From a virus (lineage: Duplodnaviria > Caudoviricetes): a DNA stretch of 64,000 nucleotides. A model generated the notes under the pieces. It was not told the DNA's origin, did no database searches, and saw only the letters and a program-made list of their open reading frames with translations. Made by a program: the position numbers and the translations under genes. The stretch is from positions 4,060-68,059 of the IMG/VR virus record IMGVR_UViG_3300037067_018554. One strand, given 5' to 3'. Positions 48,001 through 57,740 of the stretch are shown here, piece by piece; position 1 is the first letter of the stretch, and each line of letters starts with the position of its first letter.

Positions 48001-49000
48001 CTACTCCACTACAAATGGTATAGATTGGGTGGATGAGGGTGGAGCCAATATTCATGTATCTTCTAGAGGTTGGCATGCCAAATTAGGGAACAAAATATAT
48101 TTTCTCAACCCTAGCGATGGCTATGTTTATGAAAGCACAGATCTTGTAGTCTGGACTCGTGTATTAGGGAACCCCGCTTTCTATGGTAGTAACCTACAAG
48201 CATTAGGTATCGACGAAATAGGTACTATTTATATCTTAGGCCACAATACAGACCCAGCGCTTGGGTATATCTCCAGCCTTAGATCTATGCAATATACAAG
48301 AAAAGTATTATTCAATAAAGACATGACAGGAATTGAACCAGAAGAAGTTATTACGGTTTCCCAAGTAATAGAACCCTCTAATGGAGATATACGCCCCATC
48401 GTATGGCTTCAAAACCAAGGTGTTAAACAAATTACGATCCAACCGCCTCCGGCTGAAGGTTGGGTAGCAAGTGGCTATCTAGATGACCAATATGCCGTAA
48501 GATATGCATTGGGATTAAATAGTCAGGATGAAGAGTGGTATAATATAGATACTAGAAGTATTTTTATAAATCACTCTGATATAGCAGTAAATAGTGCGGA
48601 AGCTAATTTCGATCATACGGCTGCATGGTGTTATGCAGTGGACTCATATAGCTCCCCAGAAGAATATGGGAAAGTGCTTCTTTATTCTAAAGAATCACCA
48701 ACCACGCCAACTACAGTGGAGTTTAATGTATACCAGCCTGCCATACCGACTAGCATTGAAATTACATCCTCGGGTAGTCTTCTTACATATCCTGTAGGTG
48801 AATGTCGCACAGATGAAAATCTACAGATGCGATGCATAGCGCCGAGCTCTGTAACGATCACAGCCTCGGGCCTCTATGAAGATCTATCCCTGGGCATTAA
48901 ACAAGCCACTATACGCCTAGTGCTGGCAGAAGCCCAACAAAATGTACTAAGATTAGATAGTCGCTTTATAGACTACTTCTCATATTTGCGGAAGGCATAA
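45086..49000 (+). CDS. Large baseplate wedge protein (gp7/gpI-like) with Ig-like domain and Kelch-type beta-propeller
   Basis: NHFDEFGLLLDTPRKDGENNYNYKQRL wedge motif; Big_1-like AKVLDTNGEPVVGARIDF; GG-containing Kelch blades (VWTFGG, IWMYGG, LYLIGG, LYIAGG). Confidence 0.75.
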   Translation: MSSSLNSYCLQPSGVAYYTYATQEIANQFPRWMKIRTDKTSVGQGFINAFGMQVEYIERKANEIADNDFLVTARLNPIDYLYKIALAKRLNLDYSTVYTITGNRDGVAIPLRQINTFTNFGDNYQLFAYGMTPSVFSSGLLQVAAPEDITLHESILPFDVDYINYYGDQKETYFWLNPDTQKLEYFYYTNEQMEIPLEVAPLKEVIASYTLQAHDTHEIIYPSGNYIGASIYEDQLLIANQDKLFLFNVRAPLLKNTDTGWAHNTEETTVESTATYDMPIMTAPSGLAWDDSSRSFWIQNDGSYTSFDFEYDYFMVDPDNRNILLRNTYTEVLVDGAAATPVIQNVWNHFDEFGLLLDTPRKDGENNYNYKQRLLDVFKFRSNSTYQGIINSVSRDLSLTYYGGLLQDTYPENLFASGIFYAGYNIYPSGVPDNILDVAKIDTINTDYHYDSHVDENNIPDATLADYTDEILRTYPILWGSGTTDPYGFIWDLAHFDGSFNAAKIVPDFMGNLYSGVPTDYFQSGVEDPDSDALTIRLSRDENDNWYPEVKTGVAFIHNQSYYIFADPRTALIPSGAMTFTLPAEYLEDFPVTVYDPSGYVTGTSGYQFLGTSIFGDATYEFIPSGHLLLFETPITDALEVCYETSSSRWCRLPWDLNPIHGNSYDGFVWISNQIQQLDPNNAMQLTVNPDELYFGMGGAACIAKVLDTNGEPVVGARIDFSLSPATLGMLTNTTAWTQFDGAGISFYQPPTTVYTESASGIMIEDTPAWNNLAMSPGQPIQLGGQACVWFNNQVWTFGGYESVPGVDIPLPTSKIYSMTPNAHHWLNYGSNTAWQNGLVNASATVDDDRIWMYGGTYSSDPSGTILTSSNEIWYSDNGFTWFQTTPETGMPGQRVDYSFTAFAGTLYLIGGRDPDTSLLTNDAWTTRDGVHWNQIIGCPCANRYDHIAYCKNGLLYIAGGFDSSNLPLHSTYSTTNGIDWVDEGGANIHVSSRGWHAKLGNKIYFLNPSDGYVYESTDLVVWTRVLGNPAFYGSNLQALGIDEIGTIYILGHNTDPALGYISSLRSMQYTRKVLFNKDMTGIEPEEVITVSQVIEPSNGDIRPIVWLQNQGVKQITIQPPPAEGWVASGYLDDQYAVRYALGLNSQDEEWYNIDTRSIFINHSDIAVNSAEANFDHTAAWCYAVDSYSSPEEYGKVLLYSKESPTTPTTVEFNVYQPAIPTSIEITSSGSLLTYPVGECRTDENLQMRCIAPSSVTITASGLYEDLSLGIKQATIRLVLAEAQQNVLRLDSRFIDYFSYLRKA

Positions 49001-49010
49001 AGAGGGTCTT

Positions 49011-50300
49011 ATGGATATCAATATTAATAGTGGGAACTTCAATAACACCTTTATCGCTCCTGACTGGGATGAAGGCGAAGTGCCTACCAGTACGAAGCTT
49101 AATACTCTAACTAGTCTTGTATCTGTTTGTCTACAACGACTCAACAAAGCCATGGGCAATATCTATAGCAAAGGAATACCTAACGTTGCCTCAGCTATAG
49201 GAGATATGAACCAATTAACATCCTTGTACTCAAGCGCCACTATGGGAGGGACTACTCCGGCAATGTTTAATGTTAACCCCTCCGTATTGAGAAACCTAGT
49301 ATATGTAGATGAAGTAGAACCCAAAACAAACGGCAAGTATCGCGTTCGCCTTAATGGTCATATAGGTACACAAAATATTAGATCTGATTATATCATTAAT
49401 ACTGTATTGGTATTACTAGATTCTACAGGCAGTGTTACCAATATCTACAATGGGACACTTACGACCACCACCGCCAACCCCACTACAGCAATTTCTGATT
49501 TCTACATAGAGATGACAACTACCGATGAAGCTACATTTGATTATGAAAGTGATAAGTTAGCAATAGTAGTAACTAATCAATCACTTTCGGATATTCTAGT
49601 TGAGATAATTAGAAATATAGGCAATGTACAATTTGCATCATTCGGCGGTTATACAGATGCCTCTGGAGACATCCAGATTGGCGCAAGTGGAACCTCGCTC
49701 ACTACCGAAATCAATAGAATTGAATCCAAGCCAATAGCTGTACGATGGCGCGTGGACCTCTCACCAACTGGTGGAGGAATTTTTGGCGACAATAGGCGCT
49801 GGACAATGTCCGACTGGTTAGGAAGTTCGATCCCTAATGCTACAATAGCTGGGAATATCATTACAGCGTATACATCCTATACTGGAGCCTCTCTAGCAAG
49901 TATTCTTGACAATTCTATTCCTGGAGAAGTCTGGTGTAATAAAGTCCCACTAGCCGGCACAGGGGATACTGTTGCTAGTGGTATTTTTGCAGACTCTAGT
50001 AATAGTCTACAAATTGAGATTCCAACAGCATATCTTTCCAATGTTGGAGCTAACAACCTCTCAGTATTCGTTCCTATTAAGCTGCCATTCAACTATACTG
50101 GGCCCTACGATTATGGATGCAATAATCTCAACATAACTGCAGCTGATGCTATAGCTAAAATCATAGGTAGGCAATATGGATATGGTAGCCCTCTATATCC
50201 AGGCAGTCCAATTGCTGACCGTCTAGACCAACTTGAAGCTGGATTTGCTACTGTGAGTGGATGGATGGAACAAGTTCTAGAAAACTATCTAGGCGTTTAG
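49011..50300 (+). CDS. Tail fibre/baseplate-associated protein, paralogue of the next gene
   Basis: Shares I(I/V)GRQYGYGS..YP...IA.RLD.L with 50311..52518. Confidence 0.6.
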   Translation: MDININSGNFNNTFIAPDWDEGEVPTSTKLNTLTSLVSVCLQRLNKAMGNIYSKGIPNVASAIGDMNQLTSLYSSATMGGTTPAMFNVNPSVLRNLVYVDEVEPKTNGKYRVRLNGHIGTQNIRSDYIINTVLVLLDSTGSVTNIYNGTLTTTTANPTTAISDFYIEMTTTDEATFDYESDKLAIVVTNQSLSDILVEIIRNIGNVQFASFGGYTDASGDIQIGASGTSLTTEINRIESKPIAVRWRVDLSPTGGGIFGDNRRWTMSDWLGSSIPNATIAGNIITAYTSYTGASLASILDNSIPGEVWCNKVPLAGTGDTVASGIFADSSNSLQIEIPTAYLSNVGANNLSVFVPIKLPFNYTGPYDYGCNNLNITAADAIAKIIGRQYGYGSPLYPGSPIADRLDQLEAGFATVSGWMEQVLENYLGV

Positions 50301-50310
50301 GTTTTTAATC

Positions 50311-52518
50311 ATGCGTGTTAACCAGAATTCAGATTCTTTGGGTGACCCCAATAATGCTGCGCCTGTATTCCAGGCGCGCACTATACTTACGTCCCAAACT
50401 GCAGGTCCTCTTAAACGTCTATGTACTTACATATCGGAAAGTTTAGATGACCTTAATGATGCACTTGGAGAAATTAAACAATACTATATCGGTTCAGTGG
50501 CAGGCGCTCTTGGGTTTCCAAGCGGGTTAACATCTATAACTGCAGTGGGGGATAACGCTCCCGCGCTCAAATGGATCGATGTCAATACTAATTCTAGTTT
50601 TGTACCTATTGGACTAACCAATGACGGCAATGAAGTTATAGTGTTGCCCTCAGGTGTTATTAATTACCAAAACCATTGGCGAACCGGTCAGGTATATAAT
50701 ACCGCTATCGTTACTTACGCATCTGGACTTATCGATAGCCAATTAGAATGCGATCTATTTACCCAGCCAGACTATGCAAGTGGCAATATCGATGCTATGA
50801 TTGCAGAGCCTCTCTACAGCCCATCAGTAGATGTCAATGAAAACTATAGTCTTATCGCCTCTAATGCAACGCTTCTTGATATTACTAGAGACACACAAGA
50901 AGCTCTTGGTAATAACGAATTTATATCACGTAATGGACGACTTGAAGGGGAACAAACATTTCAAGAAGGAAGACTAAGCCATACAGACAATATTAATAGA
51001 ATACAAAATAAATATTTTTATGTTAATTGGTGCATAGATCTCGACATGATTGATGCTAGTAATAATGGTGGTTATCTTACCTGGGGCTGGGATGATATCA
51101 TCTGGCGCACAGATTCAATGACCAAGTATGATATGACGCTTCTATTGAGCTGTGGAGCCAGAATAGACACACGAGCAGGTGGTGTAGTTTTTACACACCA
51201 AAATACTCTATTATCAAGAAGTGGAGCAGCCAGCACAATACCAACAACTGCAGATATAGCCGTATCTGATAATACTATCTCAATCAATATGCCGGTATTC
51301 CCAGACGGAAGTAGCTATCTACAAACCGGAAATCCTAGAATAACTGCTTATATTCCAGTCGCCATTCCTTTGCGCTTATTAACATCTTATACCAATCATC
51401 GCTGGGGGCATCTAGTTGAAGAAACAATTCTTAGGATTGTAGGCCGCCAATATGGCTATGGAAGCTCAGAGTACCCACTTAGCATTGCAAGCCGGCTAGA
51501 TTCCTTAGACGCTACATTAACCTGGCTATTAAATACAATCGAGCCCTTTAAGGCCTATAGAGATAGAGCATGGGCTACTGTGCCGGGAACATACGATTAT
51601 ACTGTTAAAAACAACGTAAGGAGAATTTTAGTAATAGTTAAAGGAGCGGGAAGTTGCGGTGGTACTGGACATGCACTACAGCGTTCAGTTCAAGTTGCCC
51701 CTATAACTGGAATTACTACAGAGGTTATTATAGCTCCAGGACATGGAGGCGGTGAAGGTGGCTGTCTAGCCCAGCTAATAGATGTCGCGCCGGGACAAAA
51801 ATATGCTTATGTCGTAGGTGCCGGCGGAGGAAGGGTTGCTGGTGTCCCGCCCGCTAATGAACTCGTGCCCATAGGGGCTTCGCAAGGCTTAGCACCCAAT
51901 GGAGCTGGAGGCTTCAGTGCATTCTATCTCTCTGAAACTGTCAATCCAGCCGCTCCACATATTCTTTGCTATGGAGGAAGCCCTTGCGCCTCAGTAATCG
52001 ACTTCAATGGTGATCCATGGGCTTACTACTCCGATGGAGCTGGTGGCGAAGCTGGGACAGGTGGAGCTGGATCTTCCTCGATTCCAAAAAGCTCTATCTT
52101 TCCACTAGGGTCACTAGGGTATATTCATAAAAATGGATTAAGTGGAAATGTATACTTTGTCCCCCCGGGCCCAAACGCAGCCACTGATTGCCAAATTAAA
52201 TCAGCTGGAGTAGGAATGGCTACCTACCCAAGTAAAACAGCTTTTGGTGGTGCACCTGCGGCAGCTAGCAATTTCTGTGGCTTGCCAGCTGGTCACGGGG
52301 GTGGCTCCTCTGTAATATATATGGGGTTTATTAAAGATACTTCTCACTTCCCCCCAACACTCAATAGATGGTACAGACAACAAATCATAAGCCCATCTGT
52401 TGGTGGTAATGGTGCCGTAGTTATAATTTCTGGCGCTAAAGTAGAAGCTCTAACTGAAGCGACATTTAATGAAGCCACTGTTGCCTCTATGCTAGGTGAT
52501 GCACTTAATAGCTATTAA
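50311..52518 (+). CDS. Tail fibre-like protein with C-terminal glycine-rich domain
   Basis: TVPGTYDYTV...ILVIVKGAGSCGG...GGGEGG...VAPGQKYAYVVGAGGG Gly-rich fibre module. Confidence 0.7.
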   Translation: MRVNQNSDSLGDPNNAAPVFQARTILTSQTAGPLKRLCTYISESLDDLNDALGEIKQYYIGSVAGALGFPSGLTSITAVGDNAPALKWIDVNTNSSFVPIGLTNDGNEVIVLPSGVINYQNHWRTGQVYNTAIVTYASGLIDSQLECDLFTQPDYASGNIDAMIAEPLYSPSVDVNENYSLIASNATLLDITRDTQEALGNNEFISRNGRLEGEQTFQEGRLSHTDNINRIQNKYFYVNWCIDLDMIDASNNGGYLTWGWDDIIWRTDSMTKYDMTLLLSCGARIDTRAGGVVFTHQNTLLSRSGAASTIPTTADIAVSDNTISINMPVFPDGSSYLQTGNPRITAYIPVAIPLRLLTSYTNHRWGHLVEETILRIVGRQYGYGSSEYPLSIASRLDSLDATLTWLLNTIEPFKAYRDRAWATVPGTYDYTVKNNVRRILVIVKGAGSCGGTGHALQRSVQVAPITGITTEVIIAPGHGGGEGGCLAQLIDVAPGQKYAYVVGAGGGRVAGVPPANELVPIGASQGLAPNGAGGFSAFYLSETVNPAAPHILCYGGSPCASVIDFNGDPWAYYSDGAGGEAGTGGAGSSSIPKSSIFPLGSLGYIHKNGLSGNVYFVPPGPNAATDCQIKSAGVGMATYPSKTAFGGAPAAASNFCGLPAGHGGGSSVIYMGFIKDTSHFPPTLNRWYRQQIISPSVGGNGAVVIISGAKVEALTEATFNEATVASMLGDALNSY

Positions 52519-52526
52519 GGTTATCT

Positions 52527-54416
52527 ATGGGCAAACCATATTATTTTAGATTCTCCGATGAAGTCCCTAAAGCCGATGTTCCCTCTAAAACTCTCGAGGG
52601 AGCAGTATTGGCCTATATCAACATACCTGAAATTGACCCGAGTGATGAAAATGGAAACATTCGAATCATGCCTTCGGATTTTCAATTCCCAGAAAATAAT
52701 ATTGCAAACTCTGACAATATTGTTACCTTTACTGGTAACTTCTATCCCTATAGTGATACCAATAATGTACTAATTACCAATATCTATAGCAACACTGGGG
52801 ATACTTCTACTCTTGTGCCCCTTAATAGAACAATGGAAGTGCGTCCTCTATGGTACAAGTATACCTTTCTATCTGCTGCCCCTATTTCACCCAAACCTAA
52901 TGGAGCCTATGAAATTAGAATTTTTGACAACAAGTGGAATTTAATACCCGAGGATAGATACTCAATAGAGAATAATAAAGAATTCTATACAGATCTGATT
53001 AACTCAGGAGACACCTACTACTGGGTGGTGTATTTATCTAATGGGGTGGAAGTTAAAAAGCTGTTGTCTGTCGAACCAATATTCAAAGAAGTGGTTAGTT
53101 TGGGAACCTCTAGCCAGGAATACCAAGCAGCCTATAATGAATATGATCAACAATGGACCATCACAACTAACAGCACTTCCTCTACTGATATCTTCAGCAT
53201 GAAAACTATTGGCAATACTAGAATTACCTTACTACATCCTATTGAAGCTACTAAAACAGAACCATGGTATTTACAGGTGACTAATGGATATTTTAGGCGC
53301 TCGTATAATGGCCAAGAGTATGAGTACTATGTTCCAGAATATACAACCCAATTATGGTCACCTAAGTATCCATATAAATATCAACAACTTGAAACAGTCA
53401 ACTTCATTGATAATAATCTAATTAAACTTAAGCAAACACCTGTTATTCCCCCAACAGACAACGTAGCTAACAAGATCAAAATATATATACGTAAAAGTAC
53501 AAGTCGCTCAGACACTATCAATGAGCTTATTAATGTTGGTGGTGTGGAAATAAATACCGAGACCGACGGACCCTTCATAGATAACTCTGATTCGACATAC
53601 TGGTGGCAGGCTATTATAGAAGACTATGATAGAAACACAGGGTATGTAAAAATTAGTGGGATCCAGCCACCCCCGGGCACATCTTATACTATTCCTGATG
53701 CAGACAACATGCTGTTCAGTAATGATGAGCTTTATGCTTTTTATTACTACCATGAAGAGGAATACACTTATACTGAGATTAATCTAAATCCTATCCTTGA
53801 CCGCAGCCTCACTGAGTGTGGTATTTCTGTGTATCTTAAACCCGCACGAGGTTTAGGGAATTCTGGACGTTTTATAACTGATAAAACAGTCAACTACTTA
53901 CGCTTCGACGAAAACAATTACTGTGAAGAATATGGAGTAACTGTCGATGAATTCTACCAGCTCTCAGACAGTACGGGTGATAGCACTGACCGAGCTACGT
54001 ATCTAGAGCTTGGCCGTGTCTATGTACGCAATACTGCAGTTATTAGAGATATTACCGATGGCAATATCGTTGATGCTCGCATAAAAGGCGGCATTCTTAA
54101 AGATCCCCTAGATGACACAATCCGTGGACTTCTAGATGTCAATAGCAATGGGTTAGCTCAGTTGCGCTATTGGGATAGTTCTGTATGGCCCACTAGCTCC
54201 GTTGTAGTTATAAAGCTACCAGACTTTCTCCTTAACGATACCTGGGTATCAACTGGAACCCTACTGACTGGGGATGACCTAACTAATAGATTAAATGATA
54301 TCCGCAATATCTGCAAGAAACATTTAGCAATAGGAGTCCTGCCGCTTGTGCGTTTCTATAATTCTATAACCGGGGAAATAACTGGTATTAAACCTCCCAT
54401 AGATAGGAGATTTTAA
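52527..54416 (+). CDS. Baseplate/tail structural protein
   Basis: Long beta-rich ORF within the baseplate block; C-terminal DARIKGG...VVVIKLP...ICKKHLAIG. Confidence 0.65.
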   Translation: MGKPYYFRFSDEVPKADVPSKTLEGAVLAYINIPEIDPSDENGNIRIMPSDFQFPENNIANSDNIVTFTGNFYPYSDTNNVLITNIYSNTGDTSTLVPLNRTMEVRPLWYKYTFLSAAPISPKPNGAYEIRIFDNKWNLIPEDRYSIENNKEFYTDLINSGDTYYWVVYLSNGVEVKKLLSVEPIFKEVVSLGTSSQEYQAAYNEYDQQWTITTNSTSSTDIFSMKTIGNTRITLLHPIEATKTEPWYLQVTNGYFRRSYNGQEYEYYVPEYTTQLWSPKYPYKYQQLETVNFIDNNLIKLKQTPVIPPTDNVANKIKIYIRKSTSRSDTINELINVGGVEINTETDGPFIDNSDSTYWWQAIIEDYDRNTGYVKISGIQPPPGTSYTIPDADNMLFSNDELYAFYYYHEEEYTYTEINLNPILDRSLTECGISVYLKPARGLGNSGRFITDKTVNYLRFDENNYCEEYGVTVDEFYQLSDSTGDSTDRATYLELGRVYVRNTAVIRDITDGNIVDARIKGGILKDPLDDTIRGLLDVNSNGLAQLRYWDSSVWPTSSVVVIKLPDFLLNDTWVSTGTLLTGDDLTNRLNDIRNICKKHLAIGVLPLVRFYNSITGEITGIKPPIDRRF

Positions 54417-56236
54417 TGCCGCTAAATTATCTCTATACCTATTTATCATCTATCCCAACAGCTCAACGTGATAGGTTATTTAATATTTTACGCTCCGAAG
54501 TTGAGCAAGGCTATGTACCCAGCATTACCAATTACGAGGAACGCCTAGTACAAATTCTTTCCCAACTAAACACGCTGTCACCACAGCCTTCCTTTGTTTA
54601 CAGAGAACAAGCCTATAGAAGTAAAACCTCTTCCTATAACATACAAGATATGGAAACGAAAGCTATCTCTGATCTTGAGATTCTATACCAAGAAGCAGTT
54701 ATGCTTGAACAGGCAATCACTGCCCATGATAGCATCGTTTCATTTAAGCTTGATTCCATCAATAGTGCTATTGATAGACTAGAAAAAGAAATCAATGCTA
54801 TGGAAATTCTTGCTGCCTCTACCGATGGCACAGTTTCTGTAGTATTCGATTCCTTTGCAGACGGAGATACACACCGTCTTACACGAAGTCTAGCTGGCTC
54901 AGATCTATGGCCGTTCATTATAGATGGCTATGACTTATTAGATAGCAAATACGACGCCAAAGTCGATACTGGTGAGCTTACGCTCCCGATAAAGACTGCC
55001 CGCGTAGCACGGCTGGCGGCAGCAAGCATTAGCAACCAAGTTCCCCCTGGCGACCAATCCCACGCCACAGTCGATACACCCACACAAGAGGCAAGCTTTA
55101 GTTTAGCTCAACTTCTGGATAATAACCCCAATACATATTGGGCTGAAACTGTCTCCATAGAAACTAAAAGCACAGACAAGGCCACTGCGGAACTAACCCT
55201 TACTTTAGCTGGTCCAATACAAGCCAATAAAATAACACTGCGGCCGTTCTCCAGATATCCATTTAAAATTACTCGCATGCAATATAAGAGTTCTTCGGGA
55301 GCATCTGCCTGGACAGAACTAGAAGATGTTACCTATCCGGTTCTATTAGATCAGGATGAAATCGTTCGCTTTCCCTATGTGCTCATGCACCAATTAAAAC
55401 TATATATTGAACAAACCAATATCTCTGGTTATCGCTATATAGTAGACAATACCGATACTAATATTAAACAAATCTTTGATTATGCTACTGGACAAATGAC
55501 AGATATAGCCGGAGATGTTATATCTAATCGCAATATTTACTATGCCATGTCTAGCAACATGCAGCGCTTGTTAAATGTAGAACAAGATAGGCTGCTAGAT
55601 GTAGACACAGTTAATGTCTACCAATTCATGTATGGATTTAAAGAGATAGTTGTTGAGAGTGACATATATGAAAGCGCCGGCCTCTTTGTGTCTGAAATAA
55701 CACAAGTAGATAATGCAGGAGCTCTTGGGTTAACTACTGAAGAAGTTTTACCAGAGAATTGTTTTGTAGAATATGATGCTCTAATAGACTATTATCAAGA
55801 AGATGGTTTTAGCGGGCGGCAAGCCTATAACCTATTACCTGTTGATACAACTATGGTAAACGAGATCCTCGACGGTATTGAAAATACGACACAAACCTCC
55901 TGGAGTTGTACGACAAGATTTCCGGTTGAAAATACGTTAACATTATATATGAATGGCACACTTCTAGAATCAAGTGAATATTCTACGACCACCAATCTTG
56001 ATGGAACCGCTACTGTCACCATCACCAATGCAACAATAAAGAATAACCTTAGACGCTCTAGCGTCTTTTCGTGTTCCTATACTCCAACCAAATCCACCTA
56101 TAATGTAACTCTTGATCATAACAAATACGTTAAAGCTAGACTTCGAGTTGTACTAAGAACCAATCGTTCCAATTTCATGATTACACCAGAAATAGCCGCC
56201 TATTACTTGCGGTTTAAGAAATATACAGGTATATAA
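54416..56236 (+). CDS. Baseplate arm/fibre protein (paralogue 1 of 3) with discoidin/CBM-like domain
   Basis: N-terminal coiled coil with DLEILY, VFDSFAD; jelly-roll-like LLDNNPNTYWAE. Confidence 0.65.
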   Translation: MPLNYLYTYLSSIPTAQRDRLFNILRSEVEQGYVPSITNYEERLVQILSQLNTLSPQPSFVYREQAYRSKTSSYNIQDMETKAISDLEILYQEAVMLEQAITAHDSIVSFKLDSINSAIDRLEKEINAMEILAASTDGTVSVVFDSFADGDTHRLTRSLAGSDLWPFIIDGYDLLDSKYDAKVDTGELTLPIKTARVARLAAASISNQVPPGDQSHATVDTPTQEASFSLAQLLDNNPNTYWAETVSIETKSTDKATAELTLTLAGPIQANKITLRPFSRYPFKITRMQYKSSSGASAWTELEDVTYPVLLDQDEIVRFPYVLMHQLKLYIEQTNISGYRYIVDNTDTNIKQIFDYATGQMTDIAGDVISNRNIYYAMSSNMQRLLNVEQDRLLDVDTVNVYQFMYGFKEIVVESDIYESAGLFVSEITQVDNAGALGLTTEEVLPENCFVEYDALIDYYQEDGFSGRQAYNLLPVDTTMVNEILDGIENTTQTSWSCTTRFPVENTLTLYMNGTLLESSEYSTTTNLDGTATVTITNATIKNNLRRSSVFSCSYTPTKSTYNVTLDHNKYVKARLRVVLRTNRSNFMITPEIAAYYLRFKKYTGI

Positions 56237-56240
56237 TATT

Positions 56241-57740
56241 ATGCCAGAATTATTCTATCCAGACCCAGTTATAGTTTATGATCTTATCAAAGCTAAAATA
56301 GCTGAGATTGAAGATCTCTATAAGCGCAGGCTTATAGGCAATAAAGTTAATGAAAACTTTAAACACTTACCATCAGAAGTTATTGGGGCCATTAGTGAAG
56401 CTATTGAAGCACTAAAAACATCGGCCACCTCTGTTGGTGTTCAATTAATCCAGTCAGGCGAGGTCCCAAATTCTACAGCCTATAATAAGTTTTGGAAATC
56501 TGTCCAGATAGATCTTAAGATCTTATTTAAAGCAATGACGGACTTAGGAAATATATTAAAAGACCAACATAACTATATTATGAGCGATGTTGATAATTTA
56601 ATATTATCCCTAAAAATGGCGAGCAGCAAATTATCAAACTACGCTTTATATGCTGCAGCCGAAAGCCCCAACGAACGTACATTTATTGAAACATTTAATG
56701 ATATCACCCAGTTAGATGCTTTGGCTCCTGCTCCTGATGGCAAAGCAGAGGTATCAACAGTTGAGGGTATTGTAACGCTAGGCGTCTCTCAACGACATAT
56801 CTTGACTAAAACCGAAGTGGCTGCCATTACAATCAACTCCACCCTAAGCAATGGAACTATTTACGGCAGTAGAACTCTCATGGATATTATAAATAGCGGG
56901 GACTTTTTATTATTCGAATATGAAAGAACAGCTTCTACGTCAGACAATATAAAGCTTACTCTCGACTTTACTATAGCCCTAAATGAACTAACCATTCTTA
57001 ATCACATTCGTATTGTGCCTAATAATTTTGGTACACGTACTTGGCCGAAGATTACCAGACTAGATGTGTCTGAAGACGGAAGCACTTACGACAGTCTACG
57101 AGATGAACTTCTAGGTGATAGCACTGATGACACTCCATTTACGCTTGCACCCTACTCCAGCAAATATGCAGGAGAGGGAAGATTTTCATTTATCCCTCGC
57201 CGGATACGTTATATCCGCCTCACTATTGAACAAGTTACACCCTATCTCGACCCAGTGCGTAATGTTTGGAGATGGCCAATTGGGATCAAGAATATTGAAT
57301 TGACTCAATTAACATACAAAGATACGTCTGAGGTTACTTCCAAAGACTATGCAGTGGGCCACACTATTGGCAAAATTTCACTTGACGGTATTGATTACCC
57401 CCAAAGAGCATACGCCGAAAGTGTTCAGGCTTCCACGGCAGATATTCGCTATGCTATCTCCGTGGATGGGGGCAGCACCTGGAAACCTATTAGCCCACGA
57501 TATTTCCAAAATACCGACGCGGCTATGGCTGAAATTATTAACGTAAACAATATTGATTCCCAGAATAGTCCCAATGCTGTCGGAAGTATTAATACATCCT
57601 TTGAGGCTACATCGCTCCGTTATAAAATTAAGCTCTATAAAAATAGTAGTGGCGTAGAGATCGCGGATGATTTACTACCCTATTATACGCCCGTAGTACG
57701 CAGTGTAACACTTAGTGTGACCACCAAAGAGGTAATATAA
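56241..57740 (+). CDS. Baseplate arm/fibre protein (paralogue 2 of 3)
   Basis: AYNK...DLKILF, FIETFND, EVSTVEGIVTLG match the same motif series. Confidence 0.65.
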   Translation: MPELFYPDPVIVYDLIKAKIAEIEDLYKRRLIGNKVNENFKHLPSEVIGAISEAIEALKTSATSVGVQLIQSGEVPNSTAYNKFWKSVQIDLKILFKAMTDLGNILKDQHNYIMSDVDNLILSLKMASSKLSNYALYAAAESPNERTFIETFNDITQLDALAPAPDGKAEVSTVEGIVTLGVSQRHILTKTEVAAITINSTLSNGTIYGSRTLMDIINSGDFLLFEYERTASTSDNIKLTLDFTIALNELTILNHIRIVPNNFGTRTWPKITRLDVSEDGSTYDSLRDELLGDSTDDTPFTLAPYSSKYAGEGRFSFIPRRIRYIRLTIEQVTPYLDPVRNVWRWPIGIKNIELTQLTYKDTSEVTSKDYAVGHTIGKISLDGIDYPQRAYAESVQASTADIRYAISVDGGSTWKPISPRYFQNTDAAMAEIINVNNIDSQNSPNAVGSINTSFEATSLRYKIKLYKNSSGVEIADDLLPYYTPVVRSVTLSVTTKEVI

